DNA of 64,000 nt from a bacterium (lineage in GTDB: Bacteria; Krumholzibacteriota; Krumholzibacteriia; LZORAL124-64-63). Where the stretch lies: positions 56,566-120,565 of the forward strand of contig JAAEQC010000140.1 of assembly GCA_024231905.1 (NCBI GenBank), in the 5' to 3' direction. Positions 8,827 through 19,700 of the stretch are shown here, piece after piece. The translations under genes and the position numbers were made by a program. The first letter of the stretch is position 1; every line of letters begins with the position of its first letter. The notes under the pieces are model-generated. The model saw nothing but the letters and a program-made list of their open reading frames with translations. It was not told the origin of the DNA and searched no databases.

Positions 8827-11763
8827 TTACCAGGGCGATGACCAGCGCGTGCCGAGACCCGGTCCCAGCAGGATGGCGTTGACGAACATGCGCTCCGTGT
8901 CGGCCATCCAGCGCCGGTAGGCCGGATGGTCGGCGAAGAGGATCACCTGGCCGCGGCCAAGGGCCTCGCGCGTGGCGTAGCCGGTGCTGGCGATGCGCGC
9001 CGCTCCCTCGGGCCAGAGCAGCCCGCCCAGGTGCAGGGCGTCCACCTCGGCGAAACGCGCGGCCACGCGCACCGGCGGCGTGGCCACCAGGGGCTCGCGG
9101 CGGCCGAACCAGGCGGTGGCCTCGTCGCCGAGACCGTAGTTGAGCCACGCCTCCGGGTCCAGTTCGACCCGCAGCATGGCGCCCCGGGGCATGAAGGTGC
9201 GCAGGCGGCCGTCGGCGGCGGCCAGGTCCTCGGGTGTGGGTTCACGACGACCCGGGGGCAGCACGGATTTCACCCATTCGGCCAGGGCCACGGGCGCACC
9301 GCCCAGGGGCGTGCCCTGGGCGACGCCGTCGGCGAAGGGGCGGGCGCCGGCACCCAAGAGAGGAGCCACGTCGTAGGGCGAGGTGCGGTCCGTCGGCGGT
9401 GTCTTCTTTTTCTTCTCATCGTCCGGCGCAGGACGGATGCCCACCGCCGCGGGCCGTCCGGCCGCCGCGGCCTCGTCCGCCGGGATGCTCCACACGGGCG
9501 TCGGGTAGTCGGTCACGGCCTGGCCCCGCAAGCGGGTGGTGGTCAGAGCCGTCTCGGTGTCGGCCAGCATGGCTGTACCGCCGCCCAGGCCGATGGCCGT
9601 GCCGCCGGCCTCGATCCAGCGCCGCAGCTTGTCGACGCCGCCGGGCCCCAGCAAGTGCCGGTAGCCGGCGGCCCCGCCCCAGATGGACGGGAAGACGAGC
9701 ACGTTGTAGCGCGACAGGTCGGTCCCGGCGAAGCGACCGATGTCCAGGGCGCTGAACCGCAGGTCGAGGTCCTGGTCCAGCAAGTGCCACACGTAACCGT
9801 AGGCCGAGGGGGCGACGGGCATGCCGGTCAGGACGGCCACCCGGGGCGCCACGAGCACGTCGAACTCGTTGCCGCCCAGGTCGGGACCCGATGTGGCGCG
9901 GGCGGTGCCCACGTGGTGGACCGCCAGATCGTGGCGGCGGGCGACGCTCAGCACGGTCTGCTGCAGGTCCTCCGGGTTCCCTTCCCGACGCAAGACAATG
10001 GCGCCGCGGTCGAAGGCCCGGCCGCCGACGGCGAAGGGCTTGGCCGCCACGCGCACCGTGACGCCGGCCTGCAGGAGGTCGACCAGGGCGGCGGGCGCCG
10101 CGTCGGGATTGCCGTCGTAGACGAGGGAGTTCCAGTCGTCCTCGGCCAGTTCCAGGGGGATGTTCCGGTGGGGGAACCAGGGCTGCCAGTCGCCGCCTGG
10201 AATCCGGCCGCTCCAGAAGGCGGGCACGCCCCGGGCCAGGGGCACCGACCAGGCCGTGGTCTCGTACAGGCGGCTGCCCTTGCCCTTCTCCAGGTACTTG
10301 CGCTCGTCCCGGAAGAAGACGTCGTCCATGGGCACGTGGGGATCGAGGATGACCCGCGCCAGGGCGCCGTCGGGCTGGTCCAGGCGGACCAGGAGCGTGC
10401 CAGCCTCCAGTTCCAGGTCGCTCTTCTCACCGGTGCGGGCGTCCGTCAAACTCTTGACCGTCGTGGAGGCCGCGAGGCTGAGGACTTCGATGCCCTGGTC
10501 CACCAGCTGGTTGGCCAAGGCCTGGGTACGTTCGGGCTGGCGCCCGTGGGGTGGGAAGATCCAGGCCCGCACCTTGCCTTCGGCGCCCCTCTTCGCGATG
10601 GCGCGCCGCGCGGCGTGGTGGTCGGACAGCACCTCGTCCGCGTGGTTCGCCAGGGAGGTGAGGTTCGCCACCGAGGAGGTGAGCTGATGCTCCACCGCCT
10701 GCCCGAAGGTGCGCAGGGTGCCGCCCCGTTTGCGTACATGGGTACCGGTGGTGCGGGACATCTCGTAGAGGATACCGACGGCGCCGTGGTAGCTGGCCCA
10801 GGAGGAGCCGTAGCCCGGGAAGAACTCCTCGTTCCATTCGCCGGTGAAGTAGGCGTAGCCGCGCTTGTCCAGGGCGGCGGCCTGGTCGTCGGAGAAGGGC
10901 CGCTCCCACTTGCGGGCGCTGGCCGGTAAGTGGGGATTGAACGGATGCCGCGGGGGCGGGAAGAGGTAGGTGGCGTTGGCGCCCATCTCGTGGCTGTCCA
11001 CCAGCAACTGGGGCAGCCAGCCGGCGATCTCCGCCGAGCGGCGGCTCTCGGGCTGGACCATGGAGAACCAGTCGCGGTTCAGATCGAAGAGATAGTGGTT
11101 GCCACGACCCCAGGGCCACACGGCCCGGTGGGAGAGGTCGTCCTGGTCCGGGTTGGCCGTGCGGTGGGCGAAGCTGGTGATCTGGGCCAGGTAGCGGGCG
11201 CGGCCGTCGGGGTTCTCGCAGGGGTCGATGAGGACCAGGAGCTTGTCGCGCAGATTCTTGGCGCGGTCGTCCTCGCCGGCAACGAGCCAGTGGGCCAGGA
11301 CGGCCGCTGCGTCGGTGCTGCTGAGCTCGTCGCCGTGGATGCCGTAGGCCATCCAGGCCACGGCCTTGTCGCCGGCCCGGGGCGCGGTGGCGGTGCGGGG
11401 ATCGAGGGTGTCTACGTGGCGGTCCCGGAAGGCGTCCAGCTCGGCAATGGTCGCTTCGTCGGAAACGGCCAGGATGACCAGCGGCCGGCCCTCGTGGCTG
11501 CGGGCGTACTCCAGGAGGCGGGCGCGGGGAGAAGCGTCAGCCAGGGCCTGGAAGTAGGCCAACACTTCGTCCGGCCGTAGCGGGCGCTCGGCCGGGGCGA
11601 CGCCGGTGGTTTCGACCTGGCTCGGCACTCCGGCGGCATACTCGGCGAAGGGAAGCAGGTCGGCCAAGGTCGGCGGAGCGAGACCTTCGTTGAGGCCGGC
11701 GGCCGAAGCGGCGGTGACACAGACCAGCAGGACCAGCAGCAGTGAGCGGACGGTGATACCCAT
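8827..11763 (-). CDS. Secreted M14 zinc carboxypeptidase
   Basis: IHGDE, NPDG, DLNRD and DSHE motifs; GATase-like C-terminal part; start MGITVRS. Confidence 0.9.
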   Translation of the reverse strand: MGITVRSLLLVLLVCVTAASAAGLNEGLAPPTLADLLPFAEYAAGVPSQVETTGVAPAERPLRPDEVLAYFQALADASPRARLLEYARSHEGRPLVILAVSDEATIAELDAFRDRHVDTLDPRTATAPRAGDKAVAWMAYGIHGDELSSTDAAAVLAHWLVAGEDDRAKNLRDKLLVLIDPCENPDGRARYLAQITSFAHRTANPDQDDLSHRAVWPWGRGNHYLFDLNRDWFSMVQPESRRSAEIAGWLPQLLVDSHEMGANATYLFPPPRHPFNPHLPASARKWERPFSDDQAAALDKRGYAYFTGEWNEEFFPGYGSSWASYHGAVGILYEMSRTTGTHVRKRGGTLRTFGQAVEHQLTSSVANLTSLANHADEVLSDHHAARRAIAKRGAEGKVRAWIFPPHGRQPERTQALANQLVDQGIEVLSLAASTTVKSLTDARTGEKSDLELEAGTLLVRLDQPDGALARVILDPHVPMDDVFFRDERKYLEKGKGSRLYETTAWSVPLARGVPAFWSGRIPGGDWQPWFPHRNIPLELAEDDWNSLVYDGNPDAAPAALVDLLQAGVTVRVAAKPFAVGGRAFDRGAIVLRREGNPEDLQQTVLSVARRHDLAVHHVGTARATSGPDLGGNEFDVLVAPRVAVLTGMPVAPSAYGYVWHLLDQDLDLRFSALDIGRFAGTDLSRYNVLVFPSIWGGAAGYRHLLGPGGVDKLRRWIEAGGTAIGLGGGTAMLADTETALTTTRLRGQAVTDYPTPVWSIPADEAAAAGRPAAVGIRPAPDDEKKKKTPPTDRTSPYDVAPLLGAGARPFADGVAQGTPLGGAPVALAEWVKSVLPPGRREPTPEDLAAADGRLRTFMPRGAMLRVELDPEAWLNYGLGDEATAWFGRREPLVATPPVRVAARFAEVDALHLGGLLWPEGAARIASTGYATREALGRGQVILFADHPAYRRWMADTERMFVNAILLGPGLGTRWSSPW

Positions 11764-12017
11764 GGGGGACTCCCGGATGGTGGGTTGGGATGGGCTCGAG
11801 TGCCGCAATATACCACAGTCGCAGGGCCGTGTCGGGGTCGGGAGAGGGAATGGCGTGACACACCGTAATTGTCTATTCGCCAACGTGGGTGGGACACTAA
11901 TGCGGCACACCATGTGTCATTCCAAGGCAACCTTCCGCCGAAAGCCCCCATATTCTATCAGCATTCAATCGAATCACGTAACGCCTTGAAATTCTGTGAT
12001 ATGGAGGCATCCCTGCG

Positions 12018-13268
12018 ATGAAGAAGAAACTCCTGTGGATCGGCGCCCCGGTTGTGGTGGTGGGTATCGTCATTATTAGCATGGCGATGCGCGGCGGCGG
12101 CGACGAGGCCCTCGAGGTGCAGACGGCCAAGGTGGACCGCCAGAAGATCGTGCAGAAGGTGAGCGCGACGGGAAAGATCCAGCCCAAATTGCAGGTGAAG
12201 GTCAGCGCCGACGTGAGCGCCAAGATCACCACATTGGCCGTGGTGGAGGGCCAGTGGGTGGAAGAGGGCACCTTCCTGGTCGAACTCGACCGGGAGCGCT
12301 ATCTCGCCGCCGTGGAAAGCGCCGAAGCGAATGTGCGATCCGTGCAGTCGAACGCGAAACTGGTGCGGGAGAACATGGGCCGGACCGAGAAGGAGTTCCA
12401 GCGTTCCAAGGAGTTGCTGGACCGGAATCTGGAGTCGGCCGCGACCTTCGAGGACAAGCAATCGGCGTATCAGGTGGAAGTGGCGCGCCACGAATCGGCT
12501 CTCTTCCAGGTGGAACAGGCCGAGGCCGCCCTCAAGCAGACCCGCGACGACCTTTCCAAGACGACGATCTACGCCCCCATGTCGGGAACCATCAGCGACC
12601 TGCGCAAGGAGCAGGGCGAGATCGCCATCGGCTCCCAGTTCCAGGAGGACGTCATCCTGGTCATCGCGGATCTCTCGGAGATGGAGACTCAGGTCAACGT
12701 GGACGAGAACGACATCATCTCCATCGCGGTGGGCCAGCATGCGGACATCGAGGTGGACGCGCTTCTGGACCAGGTGCTGACGGGCGTGGTGGCGGAGATC
12801 GCCAGCAGTGCCAACATCGCCGGTGCCGGAAGTACGGACCAGAAGACCGAATTCGAGATCAAGATCAGCATCGTGAATCCGCCGGAGACCCTCCGCCCGG
12901 GGATGACCGCGAGCGCCGAATTGTTCACCAAGACCAACGAGAACGCGCTGAGCGTGCCGATCCAGAGCGTGGCGGTCAGAACGGTCGATCAACTGGTGAT
13001 GGCGGGCGAGAATCGGGCCGATGCGGAAGAACGCTACACCGCCGATCGCGACGGATTCGTGGAGATCGTGTTCTGCATCGAGGACGGCATGGCCATGGCC
13101 AAACAGGTGACCGCCGGGATCCAGAGTGACGAACTGATCGAGATCCTCACGGGTCTCGAGGAAGGCGAAGAGGTGGTCACCGGAAGCTACCGTGCCATAT
13201 CGCAGGACCTGGAGAACGGTGCCGTTGTCGATATTGCCAACGACACCGACAGAACGGGCGAGGTGTAG
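12018..13268 (+). CDS. Efflux periplasmic adaptor (MacA/HlyD-like)
   Basis: N-terminal TM, coiled coil, IYAPMSG, LRPGMTA. Confidence 0.92.
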   Translation: MKKKLLWIGAPVVVVGIVIISMAMRGGGDEALEVQTAKVDRQKIVQKVSATGKIQPKLQVKVSADVSAKITTLAVVEGQWVEEGTFLVELDRERYLAAVESAEANVRSVQSNAKLVRENMGRTEKEFQRSKELLDRNLESAATFEDKQSAYQVEVARHESALFQVEQAEAALKQTRDDLSKTTIYAPMSGTISDLRKEQGEIAIGSQFQEDVILVIADLSEMETQVNVDENDIISIAVGQHADIEVDALLDQVLTGVVAEIASSANIAGAGSTDQKTEFEIKISIVNPPETLRPGMTASAELFTKTNENALSVPIQSVAVRTVDQLVMAGENRADAEERYTADRDGFVEIVFCIEDGMAMAKQVTAGIQSDELIEILTGLEEGEEVVTGSYRAISQDLENGAVVDIANDTDRTGEV

Positions 13269-13272
13269 ACCA

Positions 13273-14001
13273 GTGGCGCACACCAACGGGGGCACCATAC
13301 AGCCTGAAACGAGCTCCGCGCTTGCCCTGCGCGACGTGGTGAAGACCTACGACATGGGCACCGTGCAGGTCCAGGCCCTGCGTGGGGTGTCCCTCGACAT
13401 CGCCCGCAACGAGTACGTCTCCATCATGGGGCCCTCGGGATCAGGGAAGTCGACGTTGATGCACGTGATCGGCTGTCTCGACGTGCCGACCTCCGGCACC
13501 TACACGCTGGAGGGCCAGATGGTGGCTGAGATGTCAGAGAACCAGCTGGCGGAAATCCGCAACGAGCAGATCGGATTCGTGTTTCAGACTTTCAACCTCA
13601 TCCCGCGGGTGAGCATCTACCAGAACGTCGAGTTGCCGTTGGTCTATGCCGGCGTGTCTCGAGGGGAACGCCGCAGGCGCACGACGGCCGCGATCGAACG
13701 GGTGGGTCTTGCCGACCGCATAAAGCACAAGCCGAATGAGCTTTCCGGAGGACAGCGGCAACGCGTGGCCATCGCGCGCGCGCTGGTGTGCAACCCGTCG
13801 ATCATCCTCGCCGATGAGCCCACGGGGAACCTGGACAGCAAGACCGGCGCTGAGATCATGAATATTCTCGACGGATTGCATGCGGACGGACAGACGATCA
13901 TCCTGGTCACCCACGAGGACTACATCGCCAAGCACGCCCTCCGCACCGTGAGGCTCATGGACGGCATGATCGAGAGCGACTTGGAGGCCGTGGTCTCATG
14001 A
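13273..14001 (+). CDS. ABC ATP-binding protein (MacB/LolD-like)
   Basis: [26 protein letters not shown]; GTG start inferred. Confidence 0.93.
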   Translation: MAHTNGGTIQPETSSALALRDVVKTYDMGTVQVQALRGVSLDIARNEYVSIMGPSGSGKSTLMHVIGCLDVPTSGTYTLEGQMVAEMSENQLAEIRNEQIGFVFQTFNLIPRVSIYQNVELPLVYAGVSRGERRRRTTAAIERVGLADRIKHKPNELSGGQRQRVAIARALVCNPSIILADEPTGNLDSKTGAEIMNILDGLHADGQTIILVTHEDYIAKHALRTVRLMDGMIESDLEAVVS

Positions 14002-15236
14002 GGCTGATGCGTGACATGGTCGATGCGTTCCGGATCGCCCTCTACGCCATGCGCGCCAACAAGGCGCGTGGAACCTTGACCACGCTGGGCATCATCATCG
14101 GCATTGTCGCGGTGATTCTCACCATGACGGCGGCCAACGGTCTGCAGAACACTTTCCGCCAGAGTTTCTCCTCGGTGGGCGCCGACGTCATCTATGTCTC
14201 GCGCATGCCCTGGGTGATCCAGGGCGATTTCTTCCTGTACCGGAACCGTCCACAGATCGATCTCAAGCAGGCCGACGAACTGGAGTCGAGGCTTCGCGGA
14301 AGAGGCATCGTCAATCCCACCATGGACACCGCCCGCGACGTTAAATACCGGTCCGAGACCCTGTCGGGACTGCGAATCATCGGCACGACCGACAAGCAGT
14401 CGATGGTGTCCAGCGCCCAGCCGGAAACCGGGCGCTTTCTTACGGAATTCGACGTCACCTACAAGAAGAACGTCTGCGTCATCGGTACCGACGTCCGCGA
14501 CGGGCTGTTCGGCTCAGCGAACCCGCTCAACAAATCCATCCACATCGGCCGCGCCCGGTTTCGGGTGATCGGCGTCATGGAGAAGCAGGGCGGGAGTTTC
14601 CTCGGCGGCCCCAATTTCGACAGGCAGATCTACATTCCGATCACTTCCTACGTGAAGGCGTACGGCGGTCATCGCGGGCGCCAGGGGGTGGACGTGGCCG
14701 TCAAGGCCCCGTCTCGGGAGGCCCTGGAAGAGCTGGAATTCGAAGTGATGGGGGAAATGCGCAAGATCCGTAAACTGCGCCCCGCAGAGGATGACAACTT
14801 CTCCATCAACAAGCTCGACACCCTGGTGGGCGCCTTCAACAACGTGATGGGTGTGGTGCTCCTGGTGGGGCTGCTCGTGACAAGCATCTCGCTGTTCGTC
14901 GGTGGCGTGGGTGTGATGAACATCATGTTCGTTTCAGTCACCGAGCGCACCAGGGAGATCGGCATCCGCAAATCCATCGGCGCCAAGCCCCGCAGCATCC
15001 TGTTTCAGTTCCTGTTCGAGTCGGCTTCCATATGCCTGCTGGGCGGGGTGATCGGCATCCTGGTGGCTTCCATTCTGACCGCGGTCATCAACAAGGTGCT
15101 GATGCCCGCGAGCGTGTCGTTTCCCATTCTGTTCATTGCCGTGGTGGTTTCCATCGCCGTGGGCGTGGTGGCCGGCCTGGTTCCGGCCTTCCGCGGTTCC
15201 CGACTCAATCCCATCGAGGCGCTCCGGTATGAATAG
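13998..15236 (+). CDS. ABC permease (MacB/FtsX-like)
   Basis: [21 protein letters not shown]; PIEALRYE. Confidence 0.93.
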   Translation: MRLMRDMVDAFRIALYAMRANKARGTLTTLGIIIGIVAVILTMTAANGLQNTFRQSFSSVGADVIYVSRMPWVIQGDFFLYRNRPQIDLKQADELESRLRGRGIVNPTMDTARDVKYRSETLSGLRIIGTTDKQSMVSSAQPETGRFLTEFDVTYKKNVCVIGTDVRDGLFGSANPLNKSIHIGRARFRVIGVMEKQGGSFLGGPNFDRQIYIPITSYVKAYGGHRGRQGVDVAVKAPSREALEELEFEVMGEMRKIRKLRPAEDDNFSINKLDTLVGAFNNVMGVVLLVGLLVTSISLFVGGVGVMNIMFVSVTERTREIGIRKSIGAKPRSILFQFLFESASICLLGGVIGILVASILTAVINKVLMPASVSFPILFIAVVVSIAVGVVAGLVPAFRGSRLNPIEALRYE

Positions 15237-15259
15237 CGCCCAACGCAGGAGTCCCAGCC

Positions 15260-16504
15260 ATCAGTCTTCTTGACGCATTCACCATGTCCTTCGGGGCGAT
15301 TGTCAGGAACAAGCTGAGGTCGGTCCTGACGCTGGTCGGGATCGTCGCCGGGGTGGCCTCCATCATCGCGGTGATGACTGCCATATCGGTGGTGCAATCC
15401 ACCATGGAGAAGGAAATGAGCGTCTTGGGGGCGCAGGTCTTCCAGGTCCAGAAGTGGCCCGCCGGATTCAACTCCGACGAGGAACGGCGCCGGGCCATGC
15501 GGCGTCCGGCCCTGACCGTGGAGAACGCCAATACGATCCGTGAGCGGGTATCGACCGTGGACCTGGTGGGATCTGAGATCTGGGACTTCGGATATGCCGT
15601 CGAGTACCGGGGTGAATCCACCAACGCGAACAGTTCCATCGTCGGCGGCACGCCCGAGTACCCGGCCAACAACACCCACTATGTCGGCCAGGGCCGCAAC
15701 ATCTCCCAGATCGACGTCAAGAATCACCACAAGGTGGCCGTCATCGGCTTCGGAATAGGGCAGGAGCTGTTTCCCTTCACCGATCCCGTGGGCAAGGATG
15801 TGCGCATGGACGGGCGCAAGTACCGGGTCATCGGGGTCTTCGACGAAAAGAACTCCGCTTTCGGGGGAAGATTCGACCAATACGTCTTGATTCCGGTGAC
15901 CACATTCCTCGATACGTACGGCATGGTGGGGCGCGGCGGGTTTCAGCGGTCGGTCAATATCACGGTCCGCGCGAAGACGCCCGAACTCGCCGCCGATGCC
16001 CTCGAGGAAACGCGGCAACTGATGCGGCGCGAACGCGGCCTGAAGGCGAACGAGGAAGACGATTTCGACTTCTTCAGCAGCGAAAGCCTGATCACCGAGT
16101 TCAACGAGATGACCCAGGGCGTGAAACTCGCGGCCTTCGTCATCGGGATCATTGCGCTGATCGTGGCCGGAATCGGCATCATGAACATCATGCTGGTCTC
16201 GGTGACCGAGAGGACCCGGGAGATCGGGATCCGCAAGTCTCTCGGCGCCAAACCCCGGAGCATCCTCCTTCAGTTCCTGCTGGAGGCCGTCATCCTGTGC
16301 AACATCGGCGGCGTCGTCGGTGTCATGGCGGGCTTCGGGATGGGAAACGTCGTTACCCTGTTCGCTCCCTTCGACGTCAACGTTCCCATGGAGTGGGCGG
16401 TCATCGGACTCGTCTTCTGCTCAGCGGTGGGTATCAGTTTCGGTCTGTTGCCCGCCGTTCGGGCATCCAGGCTGAATCCTGTCGACGCACTCAGCTACGA
16501 ATAG
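15260..16504 (+). CDS. ABC permease (MacB/FtsX-like); start either ATC at 15260 or ATG at 15284
   Basis: [21 protein letters not shown]; AGGAG RBS 8 nt before an in-frame ATC. Confidence 0.9.
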   Translation: MSLLDAFTMSFGAIVRNKLRSVLTLVGIVAGVASIIAVMTAISVVQSTMEKEMSVLGAQVFQVQKWPAGFNSDEERRRAMRRPALTVENANTIRERVSTVDLVGSEIWDFGYAVEYRGESTNANSSIVGGTPEYPANNTHYVGQGRNISQIDVKNHHKVAVIGFGIGQELFPFTDPVGKDVRMDGRKYRVIGVFDEKNSAFGGRFDQYVLIPVTTFLDTYGMVGRGGFQRSVNITVRAKTPELAADALEETRQLMRRERGLKANEEDDFDFFSSESLITEFNEMTQGVKLAAFVIGIIALIVAGIGIMNIMLVSVTERTREIGIRKSLGAKPRSILLQFLLEAVILCNIGGVVGVMAGFGMGNVVTLFAPFDVNVPMEWAVIGLVFCSAVGISFGLLPAVRASRLNPVDALSYE

Positions 16505-16563
16505 ACCGGCTGGGTGGCTGCAGGCCGGGTGCGGCTCACCGGTCACCGACCTGCCTCGGGCGT

Positions 16564-16668
16564 CTATTGCTTCTTCTCTTTCTTGGCTTTTCGTTTTTCC
16601 TTTGGGCTGAGCAAGGCCTTCTTCTGGGTTTCCTTTTTGCCCTTGTCTTTCTTTCCCTTGTCACCCAT
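16564..16668 (-). CDS. 34-aa lysine-rich small protein
   Basis: MGDKGKKDKGKKETQKKALLSPKEKRKAKKEKKQ with AAGGAG RBS 8 nt upstream. Confidence 0.7.
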   Translation of the reverse strand: MGDKGKKDKGKKETQKKALLSPKEKRKAKKEKKQ

Positions 16669-16868
16669 ATCGGTTTCTCCTTGTTCGAAAATCCATTGGC
16701 CCGAATCACAACTGTGAGTATTCACGGGATATATGCTCCCGGTCAACCTGTCCCTGTCCCGCCCTTTCCTCCATCCGGGGATCACATGGCCGCTAGCGCC
16801 TTATTTCTTTGCCGCTGGGTCTGAGATTCCGAGTTCTCATTCTAGTCCAGTTTGCGGAGCCAACTCGT

Positions 16869-17381
16869 CTATTGCGTCGATGGAGCCAACTGCATCCCCA
16901 ACTGCATCATTAGCCCGAGATTGTCCTCGAGAGCCCAGCACTCGTCGATCTTGCCGTCGACGATTCTAATGATCTGGGCACCCGCATAGCGGACCTCGTT
17001 ACCTGTAGGCGGGATTCCCTCGAAGTCGCCTTGGTGAGTCGCGTTGTAGGAGAACTTCGCTGCCACGAGATTGTCTTCGGCGACGAGTTCTTCGATCGTG
17101 TGCGTGTAGTCCGGAAAAGCGGAGTAGAAGCCACGAATGAGATCGAGCGTCATGCCACGAGATAGTGGTTCCGGCATTCCTACATACATGAGGTTGAAAT
17201 CCTCGGTCAATAGACTCTCGATCTCTCCATAATCCTGCACATCGATAGCCGCATAGAGTTGCCTGACGAGTTCCTTGTTCTCCGATTCTGTATTGCGTTG
17301 GTCGGCCAGACAGCCCAGGCAGAGAACGATCGAGAGGATGCCCAGAATAGCGGAAGATCGTTGGGAAATAGCCATGACCAC
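16869..17381 (-). CDS. SnoaL-like ester cyclase (NTF2 fold) with signal/lipoprotein peptide
   Basis: NKELVR, AFPD, THQGDFEGIPPTG, MQLG; visibly lower GC than its neighbours. Confidence 0.88.
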   Translation of the reverse strand: MVMAISQRSSAILGILSIVLCLGCLADQRNTESENKELVRQLYAAIDVQDYGEIESLLTEDFNLMYVGMPEPLSRGMTLDLIRGFYSAFPDYTHTIEELVAEDNLVAAKFSYNATHQGDFEGIPPTGNEVRYAGAQIIRIVDGKIDECWALEDNLGLMMQLGMQLAPSTQ

Positions 17382-17913
17382 TCCTTTCGGGAGCGTTGCT
17401 GAACAGCGGTTCGCCCTGGACGGCGAATCGCGCTTGGTCAGAGGTCTCGCGGGATGGTCTTCAAGGTCAGAAATTCAGGCAAGACGGCGGCCGAAGGCAC
17501 CGTATCAAATATGGGTGGTCGTGTCAAAACGGCCCCCGAACTCACCCGTAGCAGGCCACGATGTTTTCGGATTGCATCCAGCCTCCGGAGCCAAATCCTA
17601 TGACAGTAACTCACCAGGCGGATGGGAGCAGGCCTGGATGGCCTGCTGAACGACGCCCATAAGTGCCTAGTGGACGGTAGTCGACCGAGGGTGTCACAGG
17701 CAAGCCGGGCAAGGTCCTGCAACTCACCGTTTGGGAACTCGTCGAGACCCACGGATTCTGCGACGCCGAGGGGGTTCCATGACCAGCGAGAACTACGTCT
17801 TTGACGGTCCCGTATTGATCCGACGCGGGGGCGCCGTCGCTTTCCAGTCGACGGAGTTCGATCTGCCTTAGGCGCGGACGACCTTCACACAATCGGATTG
17901 TTGCTTCGGACCC

Positions 17914-17941
17914 TTGACACCGCGAGTTTAGATGCTATACT
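17914..17941 (+). promoter_or_regulatory. sigma70 promoter of marR overlapped by an operator
   Basis: TTGACA-N16-TATACT with the ATG 7 nt downstream; GTTTAG-ATG-CTATAC at 17926-17940. Confidence 0.7.
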
Positions 17942-17948
17942 CTAGTCC

Positions 17949-18401
17949 ATGAACACGACCGAGAACAAGGACTTGATCAGGATGGTCGAGGGGATGATCG
18001 ACCGCATCCTCTACCTCGAGAAGGGGCACTCCCTCGAGGTCGAAGGGCGGACCCTCTACCCCACTGAGATCCACCTGCTCCTGGTGATCGACGCCGGCGG
18101 CCAGGGCAACGCCACGCGGATGGCCGAGCGCATGGGCGTGACCAAGGGCGCCGTCTCGCAGACCCTGTCGCGACTGGAGCGCAAGGGCATGCTGATCAAG
18201 TCCCGCGATCCGGCCAGCAAGAACGAGTTGAAACTGGCCCTGACGCCCGCCGGTCAGAAGGCCGCCCGGCGGGCCCGGGAAGCAACCGGCCACGTGCAAC
18301 AGCGCTACGGCGAGTTCCTGGCAGGCCTGGATACAACGGAAAAGGAGGTGATCCGCCGTTTCTTGACCACCATGAACGGCATTTTCGAGAATCTCGAGTG
18401 A
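17949..18401 (+). CDS. MarR-family regulator
   Basis: GVTKGAVSQTLSRLERKG...LTPAG. Confidence 0.93.
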   Translation: MNTTENKDLIRMVEGMIDRILYLEKGHSLEVEGRTLYPTEIHLLLVIDAGGQGNATRMAERMGVTKGAVSQTLSRLERKGMLIKSRDPASKNELKLALTPAGQKAARRAREATGHVQQRYGEFLAGLDTTEKEVIRRFLTTMNGIFENLE

Positions 18402-18416
18402 GTTTTTTTGCCCCCT

Positions 18417-18435
18417 GTGTTTAGATACTAAACAC
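18417..18435. promoter_or_regulatory. Perfect palindrome, probable MarR operator
   Basis: GTGTTTAG-ATA-CTAAACAC. Confidence 0.65.
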
Positions 18436-18472
18436 GAGGGCGTAGCCGATTCGACCAACGAAAGGAACCGAC

Positions 18473-18997
18473 ATGAACACCGAGAAATCCGACGCCCAAG
18501 TCGCCGCGTTCAACGAGCGCACGTTTCGAGCACAACGCCAGGCCCTGACTTTCGAGCGTGAGATCGCTCACCCGGTAGAAGCTGTCTTCCCCCTGCTCTG
18601 CCCCAGCCGGGAGAGCGATTGGATCCCGGGCTGGACCGCCGAACTGGTCCACACGACCTCGGGCTACATCGAAGAGGACTGCGTCTTCCGCACCGACGAC
18701 ACCAACGGCTTCGGTCCCGGCGTGTGGGTGTGCTGCCGCCACGAGCAGGATAGACGGGCCGAGTTCGTGCGGCTGATGGACCACTTGGTCTTCCAACTCA
18801 AGATCACGCTAACTCCCGGCACGGACGGTGCGACGAAGGTGGAGTGGCGGATCCTGCTGACCGGTCTCGATGACGACGGCAATCAGCAACTCGAAGCGCT
18901 GCCTGATCTCGAGGCGCGGTTCGAGAGCGCCATCGACGCCCTGGTCTACTACCTCGACACGGGTGAGATAGTGCCCGTGACCCAGAGCAATCAGTGA
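18473..18997 (+). CDS. SRPBCC/START-like protein
   Basis: VFPLLCPSRESDWIPGW; AAAGGA RBS. Confidence 0.75.
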   Translation: MNTEKSDAQVAAFNERTFRAQRQALTFEREIAHPVEAVFPLLCPSRESDWIPGWTAELVHTTSGYIEEDCVFRTDDTNGFGPGVWVCCRHEQDRRAEFVRLMDHLVFQLKITLTPGTDGATKVEWRILLTGLDDDGNQQLEALPDLEARFESAIDALVYYLDTGEIVPVTQSNQ

Positions 18998-19104
18998 CCG
19001 ACCCCGCTTCGTGCGGGCGTGGAAAGGGGTGCTGCCGCTGCTGGCGACAGCACCCCGCCGATTCCTTGCCTTGCAAAATAGAACGCGCGTGCTATATTGT
19101 TCCC

Positions 19105-19695
19105 ATGCGCAAAGGCCAAGCCACCAAGCAAGCCATCCTCGAGCACGCCATCGGCCTGTGCAGCCGCATCGGTCTGTGCCAGGTGAGCATCGGTCAGCTG
19201 GCCGACGACATGGACATGTCCAAGAGCGGCCTCTTCGCCCATTTCAAGTCCAAGCAAAACCTGCAGATCGAGGTCCTGGACCAGGCGGCCCAGGAATTCC
19301 TGGACGTGGTCGTTCATCCGGCCTTCAAGGCTCCGGCGGGCGAACCGCGCATCCGCCAGCTCTTCACCAACTGGGTCGAGTGGACCCGCTCCAACGGCTA
19401 CGCCGGTGGCTGTCCCTTCGTGCAGTTCAGCTTCGAGCTCGACGATCAGCCCGGTGAACTGCGGGAACATCTCATCGAGCAGCAGAAGGGCTGGCTGGGC
19501 ATCCTGGCCGAGTGCGCACGCCGCGCCGTCCAGGCCGGCCATCTGCGGGTGGACCTCGACCTGGAGCAGTTCGCCCACGACTTCCATTCCCTCATGTTGG
19601 GCTACCACCACGCCGCTCGACTGATCCGCGATCCTCTGGCCTTCCAGCGGGTGCAGATCAGCTTCGAAACCTTTCTGAACAACGCCAAGGAGTAG
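19105..19695 (+). CDS. TetR/AcrR-family regulator (probably leaderless)
   Basis: MSKSGLFAHFKSK HTH; GGCPF; TTGCAA-N16-TATATT ending 6 nt before the ATG. Confidence 0.93.
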   Translation: MRKGQATKQAILEHAIGLCSRIGLCQVSIGQLADDMDMSKSGLFAHFKSKQNLQIEVLDQAAQEFLDVVVHPAFKAPAGEPRIRQLFTNWVEWTRSNGYAGGCPFVQFSFELDDQPGELREHLIEQQKGWLGILAECARRAVQAGHLRVDLDLEQFAHDFHSLMLGYHHAARLIRDPLAFQRVQISFETFLNNAKE

Positions 19696-19700
19696 ATGAG

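Noticed and set aside
16780-17420. Integron cassette around the SnoaL gene
   Set aside because: No convincing RYYYAAC...GTTRRRY attC pair and no intI.
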